A stretch of 27,220 nt of DNA from a virus. Its lineage: Duplodnaviria; Caudoviricetes. This document shows, one piece after another, positions 1-8,473 of the stretch. The notes beneath the pieces are model-generated. The model had not been told where the DNA came from. It worked only from the letters and a program-made list of their open reading frames with translations, and did no database searches. The stretch is from positions 1 through 27,220 of IMG/VR virus record IMGVR_UViG_3300042892_002367; one strand, 5' to 3'. Numbering within the stretch: position 1 is the stretch's first letter; every line of letters starts with the position of its first letter. Position numbers and translations under genes: made by a program.

Positions 1-38
1 ACATGTATCAAGGCCCAACCGGCCACAAACGGAGACCA

Positions 39-2699
39 ATGAGTTATATTGACGCACTATTTGATCGTGAACACGATCGCATTCACGTGGTAGAACGCCG
101 CGATGGTAAGAGACAATACCGGGAATATCCGGCTAATTATGTTTTTTACTACGACGACCCCAGAGGCAAGTTCCAAAGCATCTACGGCACGCCTGTGTCA
201 AGATTCAGCACACGCAACAACAAAGAGTTCCGCAAGGAAGTCCGAGCACAAAGCGGTAGGCAAATCTATGAATCGGACATAAATCCCATATTCCGATGCT
301 TTGAAGAAAACTACAAAGACCAAGACGCACCTACCCTGAACACAGCGTTCTTTGACATTGAGGTTGCGTTTGATCCAGTGCGTGGATTCTCTCCTGTTAC
401 AGATCCTTTCAATGCCATCACTGCCATATCGGTATATCTGAATTGGATGGAGCAACTGGTCACACTGGTGGTGGCGCCACGCCACATGAGTGCGGAGACT
501 GCTCGTGAGATCTGTGCGGAATTCGAAAACACTGTGTTGTGTGAATCTGAAACAGAAATGTTGAAGATGTTCCTAGACCTGATTGATGATGCAGACATCT
601 TGAGTGGCTGGAACTCGGAAGGCTATGACATACCCTACACAGTGAATCGTATCACTCGAGTGCTCAGCAAAGATGACACCCGACGTTTTTGTTTGTGGGG
701 GCAGTTTCCCAAGAAACGTGTGTTCGAACGCTTTGGTGCTGAAAATGAAACATACGACTTGGTGGGTCGTGTGCATATGGACTATATGCAACTGTATCGC
801 AAGTACACTTATGAAGAGCGGCACAGTTACAGCCTGGATGCCATTGCTGAATACGAATTGGGTGAGCGCAAGACACAGTTTGAAGGCACCTTGGATCAGT
901 TGTACAATCAACACTTCAAAACCTTTATTGAATACAACCGGCAAGATACCTTGTTGCTGGACAAACTGGACAAGAAATTACGCTTCTTGGAACTGGCCAG
1001 TGAACTGGCACATGCCAACACAGTGTTGTTGGCCACCACAATGGGTGCTGTGGCAGTGACTGAACAGGCCATTATCAACGAAGCACACGAACGTGGCATG
1101 GTTGTGCCCAACCGCCAACAACGACTCACTGACGAGGACACACAGGCAGCAGGTGCTTATGTGGCATATCCTCGCAAAGGATTGCATGAATGGATTGGAT
1201 CTGTGGACATCAACAGTCTATATCCGTCAGCAATTCGTGCGTTGAACATGGGTCCAGAAACCATTATAGGCCAATTGCGTCCCATAATGACTGACCGATA
1301 CATCCGAGACAAAATGGCCAAAGGCGATTCATTTGCGGCTGCATGGGAAGGTGTGTTTGCCAGTCTAGAATACACAGCGGTCATGGAACAGCAACGTGGC
1401 ACAGAGATCACCATTGACTGGCAGTCAGGTGAGGAGACTGTACACTCAGGTGCTGAAATTTGGTACATGTTGTTTGACTCAAACCAGCCTTGGATACTCA
1501 GTGCCAATGGTACCATATTCACCTATGAAAAGAAAGGCGTTATTCCTGGCTTGTTGGAACGCTGGTATGCCGAACGCAAAGAAATGCAGGCCAAAAAGAA
1601 AGAAGCCAAGGATGCCAAGGAAATTGCTTTCTGGGACAAGCGTCAACTGGTTAAAAAGATTAACCTCAACAGTTTGTATGGTGCTATTTTGAATCCTGGT
1701 TGCAGATTCTTTGACAAGCGAATTGGGCAATCCACAACACTGACAGGACGAAGCATTGCCAAACACATGGATGCCTACTTGAATGAGTGTATCACAGGTG
1801 AATATGACCATGTGGGTAAGGCAGTGATCTACGGTGACACAGACAGTTGTTATTTCTCAGCATGGCCTGTGCTGAAACAAGAAGTCGCTGAAGGCCGCAT
1901 GGAGTGGTCAAAAGAAATCTGCATACAACTGTACGATTCAATCGCTGACCAAGTCAACGATTCATTCCCAGCGTTTATGGAACGTGCTTTCCACTGCCCC
2001 AGAGACATGGGCGAATTGATCAAGGCCGGACGTGAAACAGTGGCAGACCGTGGCTTGTTCATCACCAAGAAACGCTATGCAGTCAACGCCATTGACATTG
2101 AAAACAAGCGACTGGATGTCAACGGTGCCATTGGCAAGACCAAGGCCACTGGCCTGGACTTGAAACGTAGTGATACACCCAAAGTTATTCAAGACTTCTT
2201 GCTGGAAATTCTAAATCGAGTGCTGGCCGGTGCTGAACGTGATGAAATTATTGAACGTGTGCGTGAGTTCAAGTACGAATTCAAAGAGCGACCAGGCTGG
2301 GAAAAAGGCTCACCCAAGCGTGTGAACAACTTGACCAAGTACGGCAAGGAAGAAGAACGCCTAGGCAAAGCCAACATGCCCGGACATGTACGTGCGGCAT
2401 TGAACTGGAACAACTTGCGAAGAATGAACTCTGACAACTACAGTATGCAAATCGTTGATGGCATGAAGACCATTGTGTGCAAACTCAGAAGCAATGCTCT
2501 GGGCTGGACCAGCATTGGCTATCCCACAGATGAGATGCACCTGCCGCAGTGGTTCAAGGATTTGCCTTTTGCTGACACAGAAATGGAAGCCACTGTGGTA
2601 GATCAAAAGATTGACAACTTGCTGGGCGTGTTGGACTGGGACTTGGCTGCGGCCACCAACACAGAAAACACATTTACATCATTATTTTCTTTTGAATGA
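39..2699 (+). CDS. Family B DNA polymerase (T4 gp43-like)
   Basis: ExoI FFDIEV, ExoII GWNSEGYDIPY, ExoIII YNRQD; motif A SVDINSLYPS, motif B KKINLNSLYG, motif C YGDTDS; KKRY and KATGLD. Start set at ATG 39 because GGAG lies at 31-34 (ORF is open from 3). Confidence 0.97.
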   Translation: MSYIDALFDREHDRIHVVERRDGKRQYREYPANYVFYYDDPRGKFQSIYGTPVSRFSTRNNKEFRKEVRAQSGRQIYESDINPIFRCFEENYKDQDAPTLNTAFFDIEVAFDPVRGFSPVTDPFNAITAISVYLNWMEQLVTLVVAPRHMSAETAREICAEFENTVLCESETEMLKMFLDLIDDADILSGWNSEGYDIPYTVNRITRVLSKDDTRRFCLWGQFPKKRVFERFGAENETYDLVGRVHMDYMQLYRKYTYEERHSYSLDAIAEYELGERKTQFEGTLDQLYNQHFKTFIEYNRQDTLLLDKLDKKLRFLELASELAHANTVLLATTMGAVAVTEQAIINEAHERGMVVPNRQQRLTDEDTQAAGAYVAYPRKGLHEWIGSVDINSLYPSAIRALNMGPETIIGQLRPIMTDRYIRDKMAKGDSFAAAWEGVFASLEYTAVMEQQRGTEITIDWQSGEETVHSGAEIWYMLFDSNQPWILSANGTIFTYEKKGVIPGLLERWYAERKEMQAKKKEAKDAKEIAFWDKRQLVKKINLNSLYGAILNPGCRFFDKRIGQSTTLTGRSIAKHMDAYLNECITGEYDHVGKAVIYGDTDSCYFSAWPVLKQEVAEGRMEWSKEICIQLYDSIADQVNDSFPAFMERAFHCPRDMGELIKAGRETVADRGLFITKKRYAVNAIDIENKRLDVNGAIGKTKATGLDLKRSDTPKVIQDFLLEILNRVLAGAERDEIIERVREFKYEFKERPGWEKGSPKRVNNLTKYGKEEERLGKANMPGHVRAALNWNNLRRMNSDNYSMQIVDGMKTIVCKLRSNALGWTSIGYPTDEMHLPQWFKDLPFADTEMEATVVDQKIDNLLGVLDWDLAAATNTENTFTSLFSFE

Positions 2700-3634
2700 A
2701 ACTCAGCGAACTGGTTGGCTACTTGAACTTGTTGGACAGCAATGAACTTGCTCCTGACTATCATGCGGCTGTCAAAAAGTTTCATGAAATAGGCCATGTG
2801 ATTGCAAATCATGCAGTGCAAGTTGATGAATATGGCAGTGCATTTGTTGAAAAAATCAACGCTATTGCTCGTGAATTTCAACATGCACAATCTGCCTTGG
2901 ATGATCTCAAAGCCAATGTGCGTGAACAAATCTCAGCACTCGAACCTGCACAGTATCAAGCCAGTCAACGACTGTACGAAGAAGAGATGTGCTACGAAAC
3001 CACGGAGTACATCCTAAATCGACGACTCAGCATTGATCCTGACAGCCGACTGTTACTCACTGGGCGACTGCTACAGTACACAGATTGGCGATTGCCCGGA
3101 CTGATCATGCGTCCAGGGCGTGAAAAGTTCATCGAAGACTTGGTACCATTGGATCCATTGTATCTTGTGGATCAACATGAAGAACTATTGGATCCTGCTG
3201 TGCAAGCATTTACAACAGAATATCAACGCCGTCTAAGACCATATGTTATCAACGATTATGAACATGCTGATGCATTATGGCAATTGCCTGTCAACCAGTA
3301 TGGATTGATATTTGCCTACAACTACTTTAACTACAAACCCATAAAGGTGTTGCGTCATTATTTAGACAGCATGTTTGCTAGACTCAGACCCGGCGGTGTG
3401 GCCATATTCACCTACAACGACTGCGATTGGGCACATGGTGTGGCCTTGGCTGAGAAGAATTTCATGTGCTATACGCCTGGAAGAGAAATACAGGCCTATT
3501 GCAATCAAATTGGTTTTGAAATCCTTTCAGTCAATCGTGGCCAAGGCGATATTGCCTGGATGGAAATACGCCGACCTGGCGAAATTGAATCCCTTAGAGG
3601 CGGGCAGAGCCTGGCCAAAATAGTTGCACATTAG
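2696..3634 (+). CDS. Class I SAM-dependent methyltransferase-fold protein with helical/coiled-coil N-terminus
   Basis: C-terminal YGLIFAYNYFNY...MFARLRPGGVAIFTY is typical of class I MTase motifs IV-VI; canonical GxG motif I not evident; ATGA overlap with the polymerase stop. Confidence 0.55.
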   Translation: MKLSELVGYLNLLDSNELAPDYHAAVKKFHEIGHVIANHAVQVDEYGSAFVEKINAIAREFQHAQSALDDLKANVREQISALEPAQYQASQRLYEEEMCYETTEYILNRRLSIDPDSRLLLTGRLLQYTDWRLPGLIMRPGREKFIEDLVPLDPLYLVDQHEELLDPAVQAFTTEYQRRLRPYVINDYEHADALWQLPVNQYGLIFAYNYFNYKPIKVLRHYLDSMFARLRPGGVAIFTYNDCDWAHGVALAEKNFMCYTPGREIQAYCNQIGFEILSVNRGQGDIAWMEIRRPGEIESLRGGQSLAKIVAH

Positions 3635-3652
3635 TAAAAAAATCTATATAAT
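3624..3652 (+). promoter_or_regulatory. sigma70-type promoter upstream of clamp-dpdA
   Basis: TTGCAC (3624-3629) - 17 nt - TATAAT (3647-3652); SD AGGAG before ATG 3673. Confidence 0.7.
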
Positions 3653-3672
3653 CATACAACATAGGAGTATAC

Positions 3673-4395
3673 ATGAGAGATTATCTTAAAGACTTGGTAG
3701 AACACACACACGATCTTGGCTGCATTGACTTGATCAAAATCACCGGAGACGACAAAAGCACAGCCATTGTGGGTGTGGCAGAAGACTTGAGTGTGGTATT
3801 AGAAGGTGAATTTAAAAATCCACACCCAGATTTTATTGGCACATTTGGCATGCCCAACTTGAACAAACTAAAAATCTTGTTAAACTTGCAAGAGTACAAA
3901 GAGAATGCCAAACTCAAATTAACTAAAAAAGCCACAGGTGCACCTGATGGTATTGAGTTTGAAAATGCCACTGGGGACTTCCGCAACACATATCGTTTCA
4001 TGGCAGCAGAGATTGTAAACGACAAACTCAAAACACCCAAGTTCAAAGGTGTGACCTGGCACATTGAATTCGAACCCACTGTGGCTGCTATTCAGCGACT
4101 GCGTATGCAAGCACAGGCCAATGCCGAAGAACCCAACTTTCAAGCCAAAACTGAAAACGGCGATTTGAAGTTTTTCTTTGGTGACCACTCAACACACGCT
4201 GGTAACTTCGTTTTCCATTCAGGTGTCAACGGTCAATTGAAACGTGCTTGGAGTTGGCCGGCCTCACAGTTCATGGCTATCATGGCATTGACTGGGGACA
4301 AAACCATTCGCATCTCAGATGATGGTGCTGCCAAGATCACTGTGGATTCAGGCGTGGCTGTTTACAACTACATTTTACCAGCACAAAGCAAATGA
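3673..4395 (+). CDS. Sliding clamp (gp45/PCNA-like processivity factor)
   Basis: 240 aa, two-domain size and alternating beta/alpha pattern; C-terminal YNYILPA resembles the PCNA/gp45 terminal strand; next to polB. Fold inferred, not searched. Confidence 0.65.
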   Translation: MRDYLKDLVEHTHDLGCIDLIKITGDDKSTAIVGVAEDLSVVLEGEFKNPHPDFIGTFGMPNLNKLKILLNLQEYKENAKLKLTKKATGAPDGIEFENATGDFRNTYRFMAAEIVNDKLKTPKFKGVTWHIEFEPTVAAIQRLRMQAQANAEEPNFQAKTENGDLKFFFGDHSTHAGNFVFHSGVNGQLKRAWSWPASQFMAIMALTGDKTIRISDDGAAKITVDSGVAVYNYILPAQSK

Positions 4396-4616
4396 TAAAA
4401 TCAAAATTGATGCGTAACATTAACTATCATTATTTCAATGATAGGTACACATCAGCTTGGACGTTGAGATTGAAATTTCTTTACTTTTCTCTGCGTCATG
4501 ACAAAGTAACAAACACTTGGCATCACTGTGTTAAATTTATAAATGATTTAGATATTTTAGGTTTGTATCATGAAATAGATTGGAACACCAAAACAAAAAC
4601 TCAAAATGCAAGATAA
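4392..4616 (+). CDS. Small AT-rich hypothetical protein
   Basis: 74 aa ORF with ATGA overlap to the clamp stop and overlap into the dpdA start; visibly AT-richer than its neighbours. Confidence 0.45.
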   Translation: MIKSKLMRNINYHYFNDRYTSAWTLRLKFLYFSLRHDKVTNTWHHCVKFINDLDILGLYHEIDWNTKTKTQNAR

Positions 4617-6201
4617 TCTAACCGCCAAGCAAAATGATTACGCTGTGTTCTTACCGGCTATATCAGGTTTCTATGCCACGTTTGTGGGCAAGCAACGCAA
4701 CGAGCCGTATGTGGATCCTGCAAGGTTTCCACAAGGCTTGACTGACATGGAACAGATGAACTGGCTCAACAGTCAGAAGGCATTGTTTCCGTACAAGTGG
4801 TCACTGTACTCTGGTGGTCATGCCAACTTGGATTTAACCAAGCAAGATTGGTCAGAGGACATGGTTCGCAATCGCGAGCCAGGCACTTTCATGCTTGGCG
4901 ACTCTGGTGGATTTCAGATTGCCAAAGGCCTGTGGGAAGGCGACTGGAGAGCCAACTCGGGTTGTGCCAAGGCCGAAAAGAAACGCAGTAGTATTCTAAA
5001 GTGGTTGGACACTATCAGCGACTATGGTATGATTCTTGATATCCCTACCTGGGTTATTCATGACAAAAAAGCCAGCGATGCTTGCGGTATCAAGACACTG
5101 CAAGAAGCAGTGGATGCTACCAAGTACAACAATGAATACTTTATGCGGCATCGCCGAGGCAAAGCCAATGGTGGTGCTAAGTTCTTGAATGTGTTACAAG
5201 GTGATAATCACACGTCGGCAGAAACATGGTACCAAACCATGAAACAATACTGTGACCCTGTGCAGTATCCAGACACACACTTTGATGGTTGGGCCATGGG
5301 TGGTCAGAACATGTGTGATGTGCATTTGGTGCTGAAACGTTTGATCGCACTCAAGTATGATGGATTACTACAACCTGGCGTACATGATTGGATGCACTTC
5401 TTGGGCACATCAAAGTTGGAATGGGCTGTGCTACTCACCGTGATTCAAAGAGCAGTTAGAAAATACGCTAACCCCGAATTTACTATCTCCTTTGATTGTG
5501 CCAGTCCATTCCTCGCCACAGCCAATGGACAAGTGTACTTTGAAAATGTGTTTGAACATGATTCCAAATGGTCATATCGCATGGCACCGTCAGCAGATGA
5601 CAAAAAGTATTCCACAGACACACGCAAGTGGTCAGATGGTGTGGTAGCAGATGGCATCTACCCACGTTGGGAAGATTCACCACTCAGCAACATGCTCAAG
5701 ATGAAAGACATCTGTATCTACAAGGCAGGTACACCCAAACCAGGTGTTGTGCTCACAGAAGAAAACTTCCGAGACCCTAACTTGTATGATGTGTTGCCAG
5801 ATGTCAACAAAAATGGCAAGTGGGGCAAGACATCATGGGATTCGTTCTCATATGCATTGCTGATGGGTCATAATGTTTGGATGCACTTGACTGCTGTGCA
5901 AGAAGCCAACCGTCGCTTTGATGCAGGAGAACATCCTGCTATGATGCGCCGTAGTACTGGTGACTATGCCAAGTTTGAAGACATTGTGGAGGCCATATTT
6001 GCCGCACCCACACGTGAAGATTCAGAAGCCATTATTGAATATTATGATGACTACTGGATGGAAATCGTGGGCACACGTGGCTTCAAAGGCAAAAAAGCCA
6101 AGAACGCACGTACCCAATTCAATGCACTGTTTGAGTACGAACAAACCGAACAAGAAGATTTTGATTCCGGTAAACTTGATACATTAGAGGCCACAACATG
6201 A
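4606..6201 (+). CDS. dpdA: DpdA-like DNA 7-deazaguanine transglycosylase (TGT superfamily)
   Basis: TGT motifs in order: LGDSGGFQ, MILDIP, NVLQG, GWAMGG, MHFLG, ISFDCASP, late HN; phage context with folE, queD and queE. Confidence 0.88.
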   Translation: MQDNLTAKQNDYAVFLPAISGFYATFVGKQRNEPYVDPARFPQGLTDMEQMNWLNSQKALFPYKWSLYSGGHANLDLTKQDWSEDMVRNREPGTFMLGDSGGFQIAKGLWEGDWRANSGCAKAEKKRSSILKWLDTISDYGMILDIPTWVIHDKKASDACGIKTLQEAVDATKYNNEYFMRHRRGKANGGAKFLNVLQGDNHTSAETWYQTMKQYCDPVQYPDTHFDGWAMGGQNMCDVHLVLKRLIALKYDGLLQPGVHDWMHFLGTSKLEWAVLLTVIQRAVRKYANPEFTISFDCASPFLATANGQVYFENVFEHDSKWSYRMAPSADDKKYSTDTRKWSDGVVADGIYPRWEDSPLSNMLKMKDICIYKAGTPKPGVVLTEENFRDPNLYDVLPDVNKNGKWGKTSWDSFSYALLMGHNVWMHLTAVQEANRRFDAGEHPAMMRRSTGDYAKFEDIVEAIFAAPTREDSEAIIEYYDDYWMEIVGTRGFKGKKAKNARTQFNALFEYEQTEQEDFDSGKLDTLEATT

Positions 6202-6725
6202 ACAGAGCAGGACATGAAAACGTAGATTTTTTTGTAGGAACAGAAGTAGAACGCACACCAGCATTTGGTCGACGCACACTGTTTGTGGTGGGGGTGCAAC
6301 CTATCCAAAACATTCAAGATTGGTTGGACGATTATCATTCCTATGAAGATCGATCTTATCATATCGAACACGTTTTCTTTGGTGCCAATCACAGTTTTGA
6401 TCCGCAACAAGCCGAAGAATGGGCACAGTGGGAACGCATGATCACACACTTTTTGGCACGTGGTTATCTTTGCACTTTGGACATTCCCATTAGTGCAGTG
6501 GAAGAGTTCAATGATGGTTCACTTTGTGACTACCGCAACTTCGTTCCGCAGATTCGAGTAAGTGTACCGTATACAAAACTGTGGAATTATAATACAATGT
6601 TAAAAATAGATGACAAGGACTTTGACGCTACCAATCCCGGCGTCTGGTGCCACAGTCTACACAGCCTAATGAGCCGTGAGACATTTACTTCATGGGATGA
6701 TTACAAAGGTGATAAGAAACTATGA
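6198..6725 (+). CDS. Hypothetical protein translationally coupled to dpdA
   Basis: 175 aa ORF, ATGA overlap with the dpdA stop; no family recognised. Confidence 0.75.
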   Translation: MNRAGHENVDFFVGTEVERTPAFGRRTLFVVGVQPIQNIQDWLDDYHSYEDRSYHIEHVFFGANHSFDPQQAEEWAQWERMITHFLARGYLCTLDIPISAVEEFNDGSLCDYRNFVPQIRVSVPYTKLWNYNTMLKIDDKDFDATNPGVWCHSLHSLMSRETFTSWDDYKGDKKL

Positions 6726-7030
6726 AATGGTTAGACAACTGGATATTGAAACGTGCCAAGTATCTTAGAAACCGCGATGATACAATGACATCAGTGAATC
6801 GTATACAAACCTCATTGAGCAGCGGTAATGACGATCGACCCAGCATTGGCGGCAGCAAGCACAGAATGAATTTTACTGTGTATCGTGCCAATGGTGGCAT
6901 GATGGTAGAATACAACCGATATGATGATCGCAAGGATCAACATCACTGTGAACTGCACATTGTACATCCAGATCAAGACCTTGGTGAGGCACTGGGCAAG
7001 ATTGTAACATTTGAAAGTTTGAAATCATGA
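6722..7030 (+). CDS. Hypothetical protein
   Basis: 102 aa ORF with ATGA overlaps at both ends. Confidence 0.7.
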   Translation: MKWLDNWILKRAKYLRNRDDTMTSVNRIQTSLSSGNDDRPSIGGSKHRMNFTVYRANGGMMVEYNRYDDRKDQHHCELHIVHPDQDLGEALGKIVTFESLKS

Positions 7031-7476
7031 ACCAAGTCGAAAGAGATCGAGTAGAACGTGTGATGAGTGAAGCCAAGCGACAGATCTGGGTCACATGGCA
7101 AAAAGAAGGCATCCATAAATATCCTGCGGCCGCAACTGATCCTGCATTGGCCACTGGAGATGAATATGATGTATCGTTTCTTGCTAGTCCTCATCGTCAC
7201 ATGTTTCATTTCCGGGTGTGGATTGATGTGTTCCACAATGACCGGGACGTGGAGTTCATCCAATTCAAACGCTGGTGCGAATCGCTGTATAACAGTGACA
7301 ATTCCGTTTTGAGTCTTGACTACAAAAGTTGTGAGATGATGGCAGACGACCTATATATACAGATAGCAAGTCGCTATCCAGGACGTGTGGTGCATATTGA
7401 AGTGTCGGAAGACGGCGAAAATGGTGCACTGATCCGATACGAATTAACCAAACCCAACCTCAACATTGTCATCTAA
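7027..7476 (+). CDS. dpdL: QueD-paralog T-fold protein, DpdL-like (putative CDG decarboxylase)
   Basis: PTPS/QueD layout (EGIH...HRH...EF..FK...SCE.MA...IEVSE) with LASPHRHMF (7180-7206) in place of CxxxHGH. This matches the LxxxHRHxF signature I recall for DpdL. Confidence 0.7.
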   Translation: MNQVERDRVERVMSEAKRQIWVTWQKEGIHKYPAAATDPALATGDEYDVSFLASPHRHMFHFRVWIDVFHNDRDVEFIQFKRWCESLYNSDNSVLSLDYKSCEMMADDLYIQIASRYPGRVVHIEVSEDGENGALIRYELTKPNLNIVI

Positions 7477-7486
7477 GGAGAACAAC

Positions 7487-7711
7487 ATGGCAAGACCTAC
7501 CTTTAAACCCAACCCCAAAGTCACAGAGATCCAAGAGGATCTTGAAGTGTACCTGGAATTCTGCCAGGACTATGGCTATCGTTATAACGAGGCCGATTTG
7601 TATAACTTCAAGAGTTATGCATGGCAACAATTCAACAAATGGCATCAAGGCAAGAATGCCAAGAACATGTGGGATGAGGACACTCGTCGCTTTGCAGGCC
7701 ACCGTGTATGA
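7487..7711 (+). CDS. Hypothetical protein
   Basis: Strong SD TAAGGAG upstream of ATG 7487; 74 aa. Confidence 0.7.
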   Translation: MARPTFKPNPKVTEIQEDLEVYLEFCQDYGYRYNEADLYNFKSYAWQQFNKWHQGKNAKNMWDEDTRRFAGHRV

Positions 7712-7759
7712 GCAGCGATGCTGCTGGAAATTAAATACTTTATTAGAAAAATTATACAG

Positions 7760-8473
7760 ATGAAATTGTTAATTAGTGGATGTTCATTCTCGTCTGGATG
7801 GGGATTCAACGTTGACAACATTCATCAACATTGGCCTAATCAGATAGCAAAAAAACTAAACGCAGATTTGGTAAATGTAAGTGCTGCTGGGTATGACAAT
7901 CAGGGTATTTTTTTAAACTTTATTAGAAAAATTGTTGAACTTGAGTTTGATCTGTGTTTGCTACAAGTTACCGATCTTACCCGAGTAGTGCTCAGTCCAA
8001 ATGTTCATGGTTATAAATTAGTTAACCAAACTAACATATCTAATGATTTGCTAACTGACGCCGAGTACTGGGATTGGTATAAAAAATTTGCGATACTTAA
8101 TCAAGGAATGGAGCACTGGGAACGATTTATTAATATAGTTTGTACCATACAGGAATTGGTGAAACAAGGAAAAAAAATTAAATTCGTAAACGGATTGCTA
8201 TCATGGGATCGGGAACTGTTTGAACAACCAACTAAATCAAAATTTATACAAAGTACAATTGATTTTGACAACATCATTGATTCTGACATTGACAAATTTA
8301 CAAAAATTATGTATAATCAAGCACAGACTATAGATTTAGATTTATGGATCAATCCGTTTGTTCCTCTTAACAACTTGCAAGTTGATATGATTTCTATCAG
8401 CGATCCTCATCCTGGTTTAAAAAGTCAACAAATTTTTACTGATTTAATATATAAGGGTATTACTCATGCGTAA
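7760..8473 (+). CDS. SGNH/GDSL-like hydrolase or acyltransferase, AT-rich
   Basis: N-terminal LISGCSFS (GDS-like block I), NVSAAGYDN (block II), C-terminal DPHPG (block V). ORF is open from 7718. Confidence 0.6.
   Translation: MKLLISGCSFSSGWGFNVDNIHQHWPNQIAKKLNADLVNVSAAGYDNQGIFLNFIRKIVELEFDLCLLQVTDLTRVVLSPNVHGYKLVNQTNISNDLLTDAEYWDWYKKFAILNQGMEHWERFINIVCTIQELVKQGKKIKFVNGLLSWDRELFEQPTKSKFIQSTIDFDNIIDSDIDKFTKIMYNQAQTIDLDLWINPFVPLNNLQVDMISISDPHPGLKSQQIFTDLIYKGITHA
8289..8317 (+). promoter_or_regulatory. Perfect-consensus sigma70 promoter inside the SGNH gene, upstream of the GT-B gene
   Basis: TTGACA (8289-8294) - 17 nt - TATAAT (8312-8317). Confidence 0.65.

Noticed and set aside
39-2699. Intein or intron in the polymerase
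   Set aside because: ORF is continuous and of normal size, with no splice-junction or LAGLIDADG motifs.
4606-6201. tRNA-guanine transglycosylase (queuosine tRNA pathway)
   Set aside because: Lacks the TGT zinc motif and the N-terminal TP.FMPVGT; no queA/queF/queC in the window; replication-module context favours DNA-acting DpdA.
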